The translations under genes were made by a program, and so were the position numbers. The notes below the pieces were generated by a model. That model was given only the letters and a program-made list of their open reading frames with translations, was not told where the DNA came from and searched no databases. Positions 27,290 to 36,915 of a stretch of DNA of 64,000 bases are shown here, one piece after another (position 1 is the first letter of the stretch; the number at the start of each line of letters is the position of its first letter). Source of the DNA: a candidate division FCPU426 bacterium (GTDB lineage Bacteria > Oederibacteriota > Muellerivitia > Muellerivitales > Muellerivitaceae); assembly GCA_963738405.1 (NCBI GenBank), contig CAVTWJ010000001.1, positions 32,001-96,000 of the forward strand, in the 5' to 3' direction.

Positions 27290-27506
27290 CAAGGTCTATT
27301 TTTTTTATTGAGGAAAAATGGGCTCTCGGGTTGTTTGCGAGTATGTGTTGGGTAAAACATTACTTGAGATGAAATTCCGTTATTTAGAGGCTTAATTTAA
27401 GCAAAGTAACTAGTAACTTATAGAAGAATCGTAAATCCCTTTCCCGCCTTCTTTTTCCCAGAGATTGAACTTCTAAAAAATACATGGCCAAATTTAAAAG
27501 GTAAAG

Positions 27507-27533
27507 TTAACCCGAATTTAACATTGTTGTGAC
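27507..27533 (+). promoter_or_regulatory. Pho-box-like direct repeats (11-bp period)
   Basis: TTAAC (27507), TTAAC (27518), GTGAC (27529) upstream of the porin-pst operon. Confidence 0.55.
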
Positions 27534-27668
27534 GTTACGCAATGACCCCATCTATAGAGTCTCCACGATTTTCCTGGACCTGGGTTTGGCTTCTTCCAAC
27601 GCACTTCAATGCGCTTTAGCAATCGAAGAACCCGGAGACGGGAAAAAAATAAATTCTGAGGAGACGAT

Positions 27669-29177
27669 ATGAAACGGTCTTGGTTGTTTGCACTTTTCTT
27701 GACCGGAACGCTGGCGGTCCTGACCGCTCCGGCTTCCGCCAAGATGGACAATGGAGATTCGATGGACAACTCCACGCAGGATTCGATTGATAACCTACGG
27801 GATGATCTTAATTCCGCGATGGGTTCTCAGTCTGCCCGCTTGGCGGCCATCGAAAAGCAGTTGGGCTTGAAGATCTTTGGCGATGTGCGAGTTCGTTATA
27901 ACCTTCGCACCCAATCGCAAAGCAACCCTTCTTCGGCTACTACTCGATTTGCCGTGGGTGTCCCTGGAACCATTTCTGACCAGGCCATTGGCCGTTACCG
28001 TGCTCGTCTCGGAGCTAAGCTGGCTTCTGGCGATTTTTCGGGTGGGCTGCGCTTGGCCACTGGTTCGGGCAACGCAAATAGTGAAAATAACACCTTTGCC
28101 AACGGGTTTCAAAACCCCGCTATGATCATCGATCTGGCCTATTTGACCTACACGCCAACCTTCACGGATGGAAAGTTGATGTTGACAGTAGGGAAAATGG
28201 GTAATCCCCTTATGAATACGCCTATGACCTGGGATCCGGATATTGACCCGGAAGGCGCTGCGTTAGCTTATGACTTCGGGGGAGACACCAAGGCGCGGAT
28301 CACCTATTTCGACTTGGCGAATCCGGCTGGCACAACCCAAACAGTTACTGACTCTGGAACTGGCTCTGACGAGTACATGGTTAATCTTCAGTTAGAACAT
28401 CTGTTCAAGCTGGATGCTACCAATTCCGTGAATCTGATGTTGGGATATGAGTACATCCCCAATGGAACAGCCTTGGTTGGTGGTACAAATCCAAGTGGTT
28501 TTACTAATGGTTATGTCAATCTGCCAACTTTGGCCTTGAAGGGTTCCAATGGACCTATCGGTTCAGGAAACTTTGTTGATTACGGCGGAGTGGTTCCTGA
28601 TTTCGCCATCGGCGAAGGCATGTTGACTATTAAGCATGCGAAGAATGCCATGGACAACAATGATTTTCCCTTGGCATTAACCATTCATCTAATCAATAAC
28701 TTTGATTCGTTCAATATGCCTAATGGTTATTTCGCGACGGCTTACAATTCTTCTGCCGCTGTCACGACAGCCGCCCAGCAAAATGCGGCCTTGGGAAGCA
28801 AGAACCAAGGTTATAGCAATTTCACCAACCAGTACGGTTTCTATATTGAGGCTTCCGCTGGGGATACGGCCAAGGGTGACTTCCTTGGAAAGCTTGCGGT
28901 TTCCTACGTGGAACCGAATGCCCAGTTGGCCAACTTGGCCAGCGACGACGCCAACTTCACCAATACCGAGTATCTGTTCGAACAGGTCGGATATGGGCTT
29001 GAAGACAACGTGGTCTTCTTGTTGTCGGCCTGGGAATTGCAAAATGTTTATAACCTTTACGGTCCGCCAAACAATCTGTTGACGGGTAACGGCAACGGTG
29101 CGGCTGCTGGCCAGTTACGGGGCAATAGCACCAGCCCTGAACTTCAGCTCTATGCCGATTGCGTGTTGAGCCTGTAA
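27669..29177 (+). CDS. Putative outer-membrane porin (phosphate-regulon associated)
   Basis: Signal peptide, short coiled coil, IFGDVRVRY, RYRARLG, LRLATG, IDLAYLTY, GKMGNP..WDPDIDPEG; first gene of the pst operon. Confidence 0.75.
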   Translation: MKRSWLFALFLTGTLAVLTAPASAKMDNGDSMDNSTQDSIDNLRDDLNSAMGSQSARLAAIEKQLGLKIFGDVRVRYNLRTQSQSNPSSATTRFAVGVPGTISDQAIGRYRARLGAKLASGDFSGGLRLATGSGNANSENNTFANGFQNPAMIIDLAYLTYTPTFTDGKLMLTVGKMGNPLMNTPMTWDPDIDPEGAALAYDFGGDTKARITYFDLANPAGTTQTVTDSGTGSDEYMVNLQLEHLFKLDATNSVNLMLGYEYIPNGTALVGGTNPSGFTNGYVNLPTLALKGSNGPIGSGNFVDYGGVVPDFAIGEGMLTIKHAKNAMDNNDFPLALTIHLINNFDSFNMPNGYFATAYNSSAAVTTAAQQNAALGSKNQGYSNFTNQYGFYIEASAGDTAKGDFLGKLAVSYVEPNAQLANLASDDANFTNTEYLFEQVGYGLEDNVVFLLSAWELQNVYNLYGPPNNLLTGNGNGAAAGQLRGNSTSPELQLYADCVLSL

Positions 29178-29296
29178 GAGATCCTTTTGGGGGCCGCCCG
29201 ATAGTCAGGGAATCGGGTTGGCCCCTCCCCCCTTTTCTGAGGGGAATGGCCCTGACAATAACGCAGAACCAAATTTGAAATGACAGGAGCAACAGG

Positions 29297-30322
29297 ATGA
29301 ACAAGTTCCAGAAAGTAATGGTCGGCGCTTTGGCTGCCGCCGTGATGGCCGGAGCCACCGTGGCGAAAGCAGGAGTGGCTTTGAACGGAGCGGGAGCTAC
29401 CTTTCCCTACCCGATTTATTCGAAGTGGTTTTACGAGTACAACAAGTCGAACGGCGTACCAATCAACTACCAGTCCATCGGCTCGGGCGGCGGAATTCAG
29501 CAGTTGACCGCCGGGACCGTTGACTTCGGGGCCTCGGACGCTCCCATGACCGACGATCAGATTTCGAAAGTCAAACAGGGTGTCTTGCACTTCCCGACGG
29601 TGGCGGGCGCGGTTGCGGTTGCCTACAACGTCACGGGTGTGGACAAGGGCCTGAAGCTGGACTCCAAGACCTTGGCCAACATCTACTTGGGCGTTGTCAC
29701 CAAGTGGAATGATCCTTCGATCGCTGACTTGAACCCCGGCGTTTCTTTGCCGGATTTGGACATCACGGTGGCTCACCGCTCCGATGGAAGCGGAACCTCC
29801 AACATCTTTACCAACTACCTCTCCAAGGTGAGTTCTGCCTGGGCTTCCACCGTTGGTTTCGGTACTGCGGTGAAATGGCCTGTGGGTAACGGCGGCAAAG
29901 GCAACGAGGGTGTGGCGGGATTGATTCAGCAGATTCCTGGCTGCGTGGGCTATGTGGAATTGGCCTATGCCATCAAGAACAAGCTGCCTTACGCCAACAT
30001 TCAGAACAAGGCCGGTAATTTCGTTGAGCCGACCCTGGAATCCACCACCGCGGCTGCCGAGGGTGCTGTGAAGAAAATGCCCCCCGACTTCCGCATGATG
30101 ATCACCAACGCTTCCGGCGCCGATGCCTATCCCATCTGCGGGTTCACTTGGCTCCTGATCTATAAGAACTATTCGGACAGCGCCACGGGCAAGACCATCA
30201 CCGATTTCTTGAACTGGTATTTGAGCACCGGAGAAGGCATGGCCAAGGACTTGTACTATGCCCCGTTGCCCGATTCCTTGATCAAGAGGGTTCAAGCCAA
30301 GATCGCTCAAGTTAAGTTTTAA
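29297..30322 (+). CDS. pstS: Phosphate ABC transporter substrate-binding protein
   Basis: LNGAGATFPYP, YQSIGSGGG, DFGASDAP, HRSDGSGT, GKGNEGVA, AYPI. Confidence 0.97.
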   Translation: MNKFQKVMVGALAAAVMAGATVAKAGVALNGAGATFPYPIYSKWFYEYNKSNGVPINYQSIGSGGGIQQLTAGTVDFGASDAPMTDDQISKVKQGVLHFPTVAGAVAVAYNVTGVDKGLKLDSKTLANIYLGVVTKWNDPSIADLNPGVSLPDLDITVAHRSDGSGTSNIFTNYLSKVSSAWASTVGFGTAVKWPVGNGGKGNEGVAGLIQQIPGCVGYVELAYAIKNKLPYANIQNKAGNFVEPTLESTTAAAEGAVKKMPPDFRMMITNASGADAYPICGFTWLLIYKNYSDSATGKTITDFLNWYLSTGEGMAKDLYYAPLPDSLIKRVQAKIAQVKF

Positions 30323-30333
30323 CGGAATAGAAA

Positions 30334-31497
30334 TTGAATAATAGTACGAACGAAGCTGTAGCGAATGGGAGGGCCCCCAAGGCCCTCCCATTTTCTTCTT
30401 CCGCCCATTCCTCCCGCCTAATGGATCAGCTGTTCCATGGGTTTACGTTTTTCATGGCCTTGATGATTCTTATCTTGGCGGTCATGACGGCCGTCACGCT
30501 TTTGATCGCGGCCCAGCCCTCCATTCAATTATCCGGCTGGAATTTCCTTTTCAGCAGTGACTGGGATCCGGTTAAGGGAGTCTTTGGCTGTGTCCCTTTC
30601 GTTTATGGCACGCTTGTTTCTTCTCTGATTGCCCTCCTCATCGCCACCCCCCTGGGGCTCGGCATTTCCTTGTTTTTAACTGAACTGGCCCCGATGAAAT
30701 TGCGGGATCCGGTGGCTTTCGTCGTTGAGATTTTGGCGGCCATTCCCAGCGTGGTTTACGGCTTGTGGGGCATCTTTCTTTTGGCGCCGTTTATGAGGGT
30801 CCATATAGATCCTTTGCTGATTAAATTCGGAAATCCGATCGTGGTGGGCCTCTTTGGGGTCACTGTGGCGATTGTGGTTTACGCGATTCTGAAATCTTTC
30901 AATCTCTCCGAACACATGCCGGATTTGAAAAAGAACGAAAATTTTCTAATGGCAGGCGTGGGAATCTTAGTTGGATTGTTTATGGGGAGCCTGGCCCAGC
31001 ACGTCATCACGGCTTATCCGCTCTTCAAGGGCCCCTCGACCGGGTTGTCGCTGTTTACGGCGGGCGTCATCCTTTCGATCATGATCCTTCCCACGATCAC
31101 CGCCATCAGCCGCGAGGTATTTGAGGCCGTTCCCAACAGCCAGAGGGAATCGGCAAGGGCTTTGGGAGCTACCAGTTGGGAAACCATTGAACTGGCTGTT
31201 TTGAAACCATCCAAAGTCGGCATCCTGGGAGCCTTGATGCTGGCCATGGGACGGGCTTTGGGAGAAACCATGGCGGTCACCATGGTCATCGGCAATAACC
31301 CCCAAGTTTCGACGAACCTATTGGCGGGGGCTCACAGCATGGCCAGCGTCATCGCCAACGAATTTTCAGAGGCTGTGAGTGATATTCATATCGCGGCACT
31401 GGCTGAGATCGGCCTTTTGCTGATGGTGATCACCTTCGTTTTGAATGTTGTGGCGAACCTTCTGGTTTGGGTGACGACCTCCAAGTACCAGCGTTAA
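30334..31497 (+). CDS. pstC: Phosphate ABC transporter permease
   Basis: WDP..FG..PFVYGTL, LAAIPSVVYGLWG, GRALGETMAVTMVIGN, IANEFSEA. Confidence 0.95.
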   Translation: MNNSTNEAVANGRAPKALPFSSSAHSSRLMDQLFHGFTFFMALMILILAVMTAVTLLIAAQPSIQLSGWNFLFSSDWDPVKGVFGCVPFVYGTLVSSLIALLIATPLGLGISLFLTELAPMKLRDPVAFVVEILAAIPSVVYGLWGIFLLAPFMRVHIDPLLIKFGNPIVVGLFGVTVAIVVYAILKSFNLSEHMPDLKKNENFLMAGVGILVGLFMGSLAQHVITAYPLFKGPSTGLSLFTAGVILSIMILPTITAISREVFEAVPNSQRESARALGATSWETIELAVLKPSKVGILGALMLAMGRALGETMAVTMVIGNNPQVSTNLLAGAHSMASVIANEFSEAVSDIHIAALAEIGLLLMVITFVLNVVANLLVWVTTSKYQR

Positions 31498-31513
31498 AAG
31501 TAAGGGGAGAACA

Positions 31514-32365
31514 ATGTTTGATATAACCTCACGCAGGCATTTTGTGGATCGGATGATGTTGTTTTTGTGCGGAGCGGCGTCATTTATTGCCATGATTCCC
31601 TTGGTGAGCCTTCTCATGTATGTTCTGCTTCAAGGGTTCAAACGATTGGATTGGGTTTTCCTGACCCATCTACCCACCCCGGTGGGCGTGGATGGCGGCG
31701 GTATGGCGAATGCCATCCTTGGAACTATCACCCTTATGATCATTGCTTCTTTGGTTGGGTTACCCATTGGAGTTTTCGCCGGGGTTTATCTTTCGGAATA
31801 CGGAAAGAAGAACACTTTCGCCTGGTGGGTGCGGTTTACGGCGGACGTGCTTTCCGGGGTTCCATCCATCGTCACGGGCATCGTGGCCTATACCCTAATA
31901 GTAAAGACCACCCATCACTTCTCAGCGCTGGCCGGTGGAGTGGCCCTGGGGTTTATGATGATTCCCATCGTTTCTCGTACTACCGAGGAATTGGTGAAAT
32001 TGGTGCCCCATAGTATCCGTGAGGCTTCTTGGGCCTTGGGGGTTCCGCAGTGGAGAACCATCCTGAGTATTGTGATCCGTACCGCCAAAAACGGAATCCT
32101 AACAGGGGTTCTTTTATCGATTGCCCGCATCGCCGGGGAAACCGCGCCCTTGCTTTTCACTTCCTTCAACAACCAGTTCTGGGCCAAGGGCATAAACGAA
32201 CCCACGGCCTCCTTGACCGTTCAGGTGTTCACCTATGCCATTTCACCCTTTCAGGACTGGCATGACCAGGCCTGGAGCGGGGCGTTAGCCTTGTTAATTC
32301 TCGTATTGGCAATTAATTTGTCGGCGAAGCTATTTTTCAAGAATCCAAGGCAGATGTTGAGATAG
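31514..32365 (+). CDS. pstA: Phosphate ABC transporter permease
   Basis: [36 protein letters not shown]. Confidence 0.95.
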   Translation: MFDITSRRHFVDRMMLFLCGAASFIAMIPLVSLLMYVLLQGFKRLDWVFLTHLPTPVGVDGGGMANAILGTITLMIIASLVGLPIGVFAGVYLSEYGKKNTFAWWVRFTADVLSGVPSIVTGIVAYTLIVKTTHHFSALAGGVALGFMMIPIVSRTTEELVKLVPHSIREASWALGVPQWRTILSIVIRTAKNGILTGVLLSIARIAGETAPLLFTSFNNQFWAKGINEPTASLTVQVFTYAISPFQDWHDQAWSGALALLILVLAINLSAKLFFKNPRQMLR

Positions 32366-32438
32366 GATCATGGTCCGGACCACCCATCGGAGGCGAAAGC
32401 CTAAGGTGTCCCCGGACGTGAAAATGAGGGGGAGAAAG

Positions 32439-33305
32439 ATGGTGGAGAACACAATGGAAAAAACTAACGAAAGCAAAAAAATGGATTCCTCGAAGGTCGA
32501 CATGAAAAAAATGGAAATTTCCCACGAGAACGGAAACGCGAACGCCAAGTTGAAGATGGAAGCGAAGGATGTTTGCGCTTGGTTCGGCGACAAGCAGGCG
32601 CTTTACTCCGTCAATATGGAAATCAAGGAAAAGGAAGTCACGGCCATTATCGGCCCTTCGGGTTGCGGTAAATCCACCTTGATCCGCTGCTTTAACCGTA
32701 TGCACGAAACGGTGCCAGGCTCCCGATTTGGGGGCGATATCACCTTGGAAGGAAACAGCATATTTGGATCTAACATGGATCCGGTCGCCGTTCGCAGGCG
32801 GGTCGGAATGGTTTTCCAGAAACCCACTCCTTTTCCGACGCTCTCCATTTATGAAAACGTAGTGATTGGCTTACGGCTCAACAGCGGAATTCACGACCAT
32901 AAAATTTTATCTGAAAAAGTTGAGTCCAGCCTACGCAAGGCGGCCCTTTGGGATGAAGTAAAAGACAACATTCACAAACCTGGGTCCGCTCTTTCCGGGG
33001 GACAGCAACAGCGCCTTTGCATCGCCCGCGCTCTGGCGGTCGACCTGGAAGTGCTTCTGATGGACGAACCCTGTTCGGCTTTGGACCCGATCTCCACCTC
33101 GAAGATTGAGGAGCTGATCCATGAACTCCGCCAAAATTACACCATCATCATCGTCACGCACAACATGCAGCAGGCCGCGCGCGTTTCCCAAAAGACGGCT
33201 TTTATGCTTAACGGAAAGCTCATCGAGTACGATAACACTGAAAAGGTTTTCACCAACCCGTCCAACAAACTGACGGAAGATTACATTACGGGTCGGTTTG
33301 GCTGA
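32439..33305 (+). CDS. pstB: Phosphate ABC transporter ATPase (start uncertain)
   Basis: [52 protein letters not shown]. Confidence 0.96.
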   Translation: MVENTMEKTNESKKMDSSKVDMKKMEISHENGNANAKLKMEAKDVCAWFGDKQALYSVNMEIKEKEVTAIIGPSGCGKSTLIRCFNRMHETVPGSRFGGDITLEGNSIFGSNMDPVAVRRRVGMVFQKPTPFPTLSIYENVVIGLRLNSGIHDHKILSEKVESSLRKAALWDEVKDNIHKPGSALSGGQQQRLCIARALAVDLEVLLMDEPCSALDPISTSKIEELIHELRQNYTIIIVTHNMQQAARVSQKTAFMLNGKLIEYDNTEKVFTNPSNKLTEDYITGRFG

Positions 33306-33375
33306 TCAAGAGATTTCGGATTAGGATGCTCTAATGGCCGATACCCAAGAACTGATTTCAAAGGGGGCTGGTTCA

Positions 33376-34032
33376 ATGCAGATTACATTTGATGAGGAAT
33401 TGGCGGGCCTAAAGGAAAAGATTTTGTTGATGGGAAGCCGGGTGGAGGAATCCATCCGCCTGTCGATCAAGTCCCTCGTGGATCGGGACAGCAAACTTTC
33501 CAGGCAGGTCATCCAGGGCGACCGGGATATCAACGATTTGGAAATCGAGATTGATGAAATTTGCCACCGCCTCTTGGCCCTCCACCAGCCCATGGCCGGA
33601 GACATGCGTTTTATCACCAGTTCCATGAAAATCAACTCGGACTTGGAACGCATGGGAGACTTGGCCGTCAATATTTGCGAACGGGCGCTGACCTTAAACG
33701 AAGTGGCTCCCTTGAAGCCCTTGATCGATATCCCAAGGCTGGCCAACATCACCCAGGAAATGCTGAAAAGTTCTCTCGATTCCTTGGTGAACCGTGATTC
33801 GGCCATGGCGCGAAAGGTTTGCGAAAGAGACGACGAGGTGGACAGCCTCAATGACCAATTGATCCGCGAGCTGATCAGCTACATGTTGGATGATCGGGCC
33901 AACATCAAGCGGGCCTTGGATCTCATCCTCATTTCCCGCTACCTGGAAAGAATCGCCGACCACGCCACCAACATCGGTGAAGATGTGATCTACATGGTGG
34001 ATGGCAAGGATATCCGCCACCGAAGGGGATAG
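33376..34032 (+). CDS. phoU: Phosphate signalling complex protein (alternative start 33334)
   Basis: QPMAGDMR, DLERMGDLAVNI, DDEVD, LERIADHATNIGE, GKDIRH. Confidence 0.96.
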   Translation: MQITFDEELAGLKEKILLMGSRVEESIRLSIKSLVDRDSKLSRQVIQGDRDINDLEIEIDEICHRLLALHQPMAGDMRFITSSMKINSDLERMGDLAVNICERALTLNEVAPLKPLIDIPRLANITQEMLKSSLDSLVNRDSAMARKVCERDDEVDSLNDQLIRELISYMLDDRANIKRALDLILISRYLERIADHATNIGEDVIYMVDGKDIRHRRG

Positions 34033-34065
34033 TTCGAGTTTTTTGTAGTCAATTGAGTACAGTTT

Positions 34066-34100
34066 AAAAGCCTGAAACCATCTGGTTTCGGGCTTTTTAT
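34066..34100 (+). terminator. Rho-independent terminator after phoU
   Basis: AAAAGCCTGAAACCA-tc-TGGTTTCGGGCTTTT TATTT. Confidence 0.75.
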
Positions 34101-34427
34101 TTTAAAGGGGTAAGAGGATTCTTTTTTTGTCTCGGAGGTTTTTCCCTTTAACCAAAGTTTTAAGTAATCAAGCGGTTCAAATCGGGGGATGGCCGGGAAG
34201 GCTGGAAATGAGTTGTTCATGTTTCTACGAAAAACCAAGGTTTGAGTTTTTGTGTAGCAACAGGTTTTGACTCAAGAAGTTCAGGGGAAACGATTGAAAA
34301 AGGAAGGTGATTAAAATACACTTAATTCGCCGTTAATTGTGCCCGGACGGCGGTCTTCATGGGTGGGCAGTGACCCGATCCACCATGGGGCAGAACGCAG
34401 GGTGCGGAATAGAAAGGAATCGGAAAG

Positions 34428-34634
34428 ATGCCAACGGGACGAGTGAAATGGTTCAACGCCGGCAAGGGATATGGCTTTATCGAGCAGGAAGGCGGAGAGG
34501 ACCTTTTCGTTCATTTTTCCGCCATCCAAGGTGATGGCTTCAAGACCCTCACGGCGGGCCAAGAAGTGACCTTTGAGATCGTCCAGGGCGCGAAGGGAAA
34601 ACAGGCCGCGAATGTGGTCAAGACCGGCGGCTGA
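34428..34634 (+). CDS. csp: Cold-shock protein
   Basis: [32 protein letters not shown]. Confidence 0.96.
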   Translation: MPTGRVKWFNAGKGYGFIEQEGGEDLFVHFSAIQGDGFKTLTAGQEVTFEIVQGAKGKQAANVVKTGG

Positions 34635-34648
34635 CCGATATCCTTATC

Positions 34649-34677
34649 AGGCTTCGCTCACCGCGGGGCCTTTTTTT
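34649..34677 (+). terminator. Rho-independent terminator after csp
   Basis: AGGCTTCGC-tcacc-GCGGGGCCT followed by a T-run. Confidence 0.7.
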
Positions 34678-34733
34678 ATTTCCTAACCCTCATTCAAACA
34701 ACCTCACCTCACTCTCATTAAAGGACGCCCGGC

Positions 34734-35492
34734 ATGGTCCGAAAAAAGTCAAAGATTCCCCAGACTTTTGAAACGGTCGCTCCCGGCGGCGCCCCAGGCC
34801 AAGGGGCCGGGGGGGGTGATGTGCTGGCATTTGGAGCCCATCCTGATGACGTTGAGATCGCCATGGGAGGCACCCTTCTCGCCCTCAGGGAAAGGGGCGC
34901 CAAGGTGGTGGTTTGCCACCTGACTGATGGGGAACCCACTCCCTACGGAAATCGCAAGCTAAGGTTCAAGGAAGCAGCGAAAGCCGCCAGGGTTTTGGGC
35001 CTTTATGACTACCTGATCCTTCCGATGAAAAATAGAAAACTGAAAGATACCCTTCCCGCGCGCAGGGAAGTGGCACAGGTGATGCGCCGGTTCCGCCCCG
35101 CCGTTATTTTCGCTCCCTATTGGGTGGACGCCCATCCGGACCATTGGGGCGCCAGCGAGCTGGTTCAGGCCGCACGCTTTTGGGCCAAGCTGGTCAAGAC
35201 CGACATGAAGGGGGAGCCCTGGTATCCTCCCAAACTCTATTACCACCTTTGTTCCCATCTGCGTCCCAACGTTCAGCCTTCTTTTATTGTGGATACTTCC
35301 AAACACCACGAAACTAAACTAAAAGCGGTGGCCTGTTACGAGAGCCAGTTCATTAAAAAGCCTGGAAGCCGGGCGCTAGAACATATCAATATCTTCAACC
35401 GTTACTTCGGGGCCATGATCGGAACCCAAACGGGCGAGCCCTTTTTCTCTAAAGAAAACCTTGGGGTTGCCGACCCTCGACTCTTCCTTTAA
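34734..35492 (+). CDS. PIG-L family deacetylase (BshB1-like)
   Basis: FGAHPDDVEIAMGG, LTDGE, DAHPDH, CYESQF. Confidence 0.88.
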   Translation: MVRKKSKIPQTFETVAPGGAPGQGAGGGDVLAFGAHPDDVEIAMGGTLLALRERGAKVVVCHLTDGEPTPYGNRKLRFKEAAKAARVLGLYDYLILPMKNRKLKDTLPARREVAQVMRRFRPAVIFAPYWVDAHPDHWGASELVQAARFWAKLVKTDMKGEPWYPPKLYYHLCSHLRPNVQPSFIVDTSKHHETKLKAVACYESQFIKKPGSRALEHINIFNRYFGAMIGTQTGEPFFSKENLGVADPRLFL

Positions 35493-35510
35493 CCCCTTCT
35501 TTCACCCTCT

Positions 35511-35568
35511 AAAAAAGTATACGAGTGTATACTTTTTTCTTGACGTAAGCCTTTTCGGCCCCTAGGAT
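35511..35568 (+). promoter_or_regulatory. recA sigma70 promoter with adjacent perfect palindrome
   Basis: AAAAAAGTATAC-GAGT-GTATACTTTTTT (35511-35538); TTGACG (35540)-17 bp-TAGGAT (35563). Confidence 0.7.
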
Positions 35569-35604
35569 GAAAACAAATTCAGGAAGACACACAAGGAGAG
35601 GGTT

Positions 35605-36735
35605 ATGGCGAGCGAAAAACAAAGGGCGTTGGATTCGGCGATCCTGCAGATTGAGAAAGACCATGGAAAGGGCGCTATCATGCGCCTCGGCGAGGCCAAG
35701 GTTCAGGACGTTAAGTCCATCTCCACGGGCGCCATTTCGGTGGATATCGCCACTGGTATCGGGGGGGTACCCCGGGGCCGAATCGTTGAGGTTTATGGGC
35801 CCGAATCCTCGGGTAAAACCACCCTCACCCTCCATATTGTGGCGGAGGCCCAGAAGGCCGGCGGAACGGCGGTATTTATCGACGCCGAACATGCCATGGA
35901 TCCGGTTTACGCCCGCAAATTGGGTGTCAATGTGGACGAGCTCCTTATTTCCCAGCCCGATTCGGCCGAGGAAGCCCTTCAAATCGCCGATACCTTAATC
36001 CGCTCCGGCGCCATTGACGTGCTGGTCATTGACTCGGTAGCGGCCCTCGCTCCCCGTGCCGAGTTGGAAGGTGAAATGGGCGACGCCCATGTGGGCCTCC
36101 AGGCCCGGTTGATGAGCCAGGCCTTGCGCAAACTCACCGCTTTGCTTTCCAAATCCCATACCAGCGCCATCTTTATCAACCAGATCCGTGAAAAGATCGG
36201 GGTCATGTTCGGCAATCCCGAAACCACGCCCGGAGGCCGGGCCCTTAAGTTTTACGCCTCCATGAGGTTGGAAGTGCGCCGGGTGGAATCCATCAAGGTC
36301 GGGGACCAAAATATCGGCAACAAGGTCAAGGTCAAGGTGGTCAAAAACAAAACCGCCCAGCCCTTTAGGGAGGGTCTTTTCGACATCATTTTCGGCGAGG
36401 GAATATCCAAAGAAGGTTCCTTGATCGATGTGGGGGTGGAGAAGGAAATCGTCGACAAGAGCGGGACTTGGCTTTCCTACGGCGAACACAAGATGGGCCA
36501 GGGCCGGGACGCGGCCAAGCAGTTCCTGAAGGATCATCCTGAAGTCGCGAAGGAAATCGAGAAAAAGATTAAGGAAAAGACAGGTCTTCTGCCCGCACCG
36601 GTGGTGGCCGGGGAACCGAAGGACAAGGCGGAAACTAAAGTCGAAGCTAAACCCGAAGCGAAACGTGAAGCCGCTTTCGTTCCAACGGAAAAAGCCAAGG
36701 AAGCGGAAAAACAAAAAGTGGCTTTGAAGAAGTAA
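35605..36735 (+). CDS. recA: Recombinase A
   Basis: [55 protein letters not shown]. Confidence 0.99.
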   Translation: MASEKQRALDSAILQIEKDHGKGAIMRLGEAKVQDVKSISTGAISVDIATGIGGVPRGRIVEVYGPESSGKTTLTLHIVAEAQKAGGTAVFIDAEHAMDPVYARKLGVNVDELLISQPDSAEEALQIADTLIRSGAIDVLVIDSVAALAPRAELEGEMGDAHVGLQARLMSQALRKLTALLSKSHTSAIFINQIREKIGVMFGNPETTPGGRALKFYASMRLEVRRVESIKVGDQNIGNKVKVKVVKNKTAQPFREGLFDIIFGEGISKEGSLIDVGVEKEIVDKSGTWLSYGEHKMGQGRDAAKQFLKDHPEVAKEIEKKIKEKTGLLPAPVVAGEPKDKAETKVEAKPEAKREAAFVPTEKAKEAEKQKVALKK

Positions 36736-36773
36736 AAAAATGGTTAAATCAGTTTCGAAACTGATTCATGTTT

Positions 36774-36810
36774 AAAAAGAGCGGGAATCCCTGGGGTTCC
36801 CGCTCTTTTT
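36774..36810. terminator. Bidirectional Rho-independent terminator after recA
   Basis: AAAAAGAGCGGGAATCCC...GGGGTTCCCGCTCTTTTT. Confidence 0.85.
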
Positions 36811-36915
36811 GTTATTGGGGGTTCCAAAGCCGCCTTCCAATTGGCGCAGTCCCGGCTAAAATAGTGGCCAATCCAAATCGATGAAGAGAGAGCCATGAAG
36901 AAAGAAAAGGGTGCC

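Noticed and set aside
29150..30391. 413-aa antisense ORF
   Set aside because: Shadow of pstS, which has unambiguous motifs.
32370..32560. Met/Lys-rich N-terminal extension of PstB as a separate domain
   Set aside because: Several alternative ATGs with RBS-like sequences; most likely start-site ambiguity plus a disordered leader.
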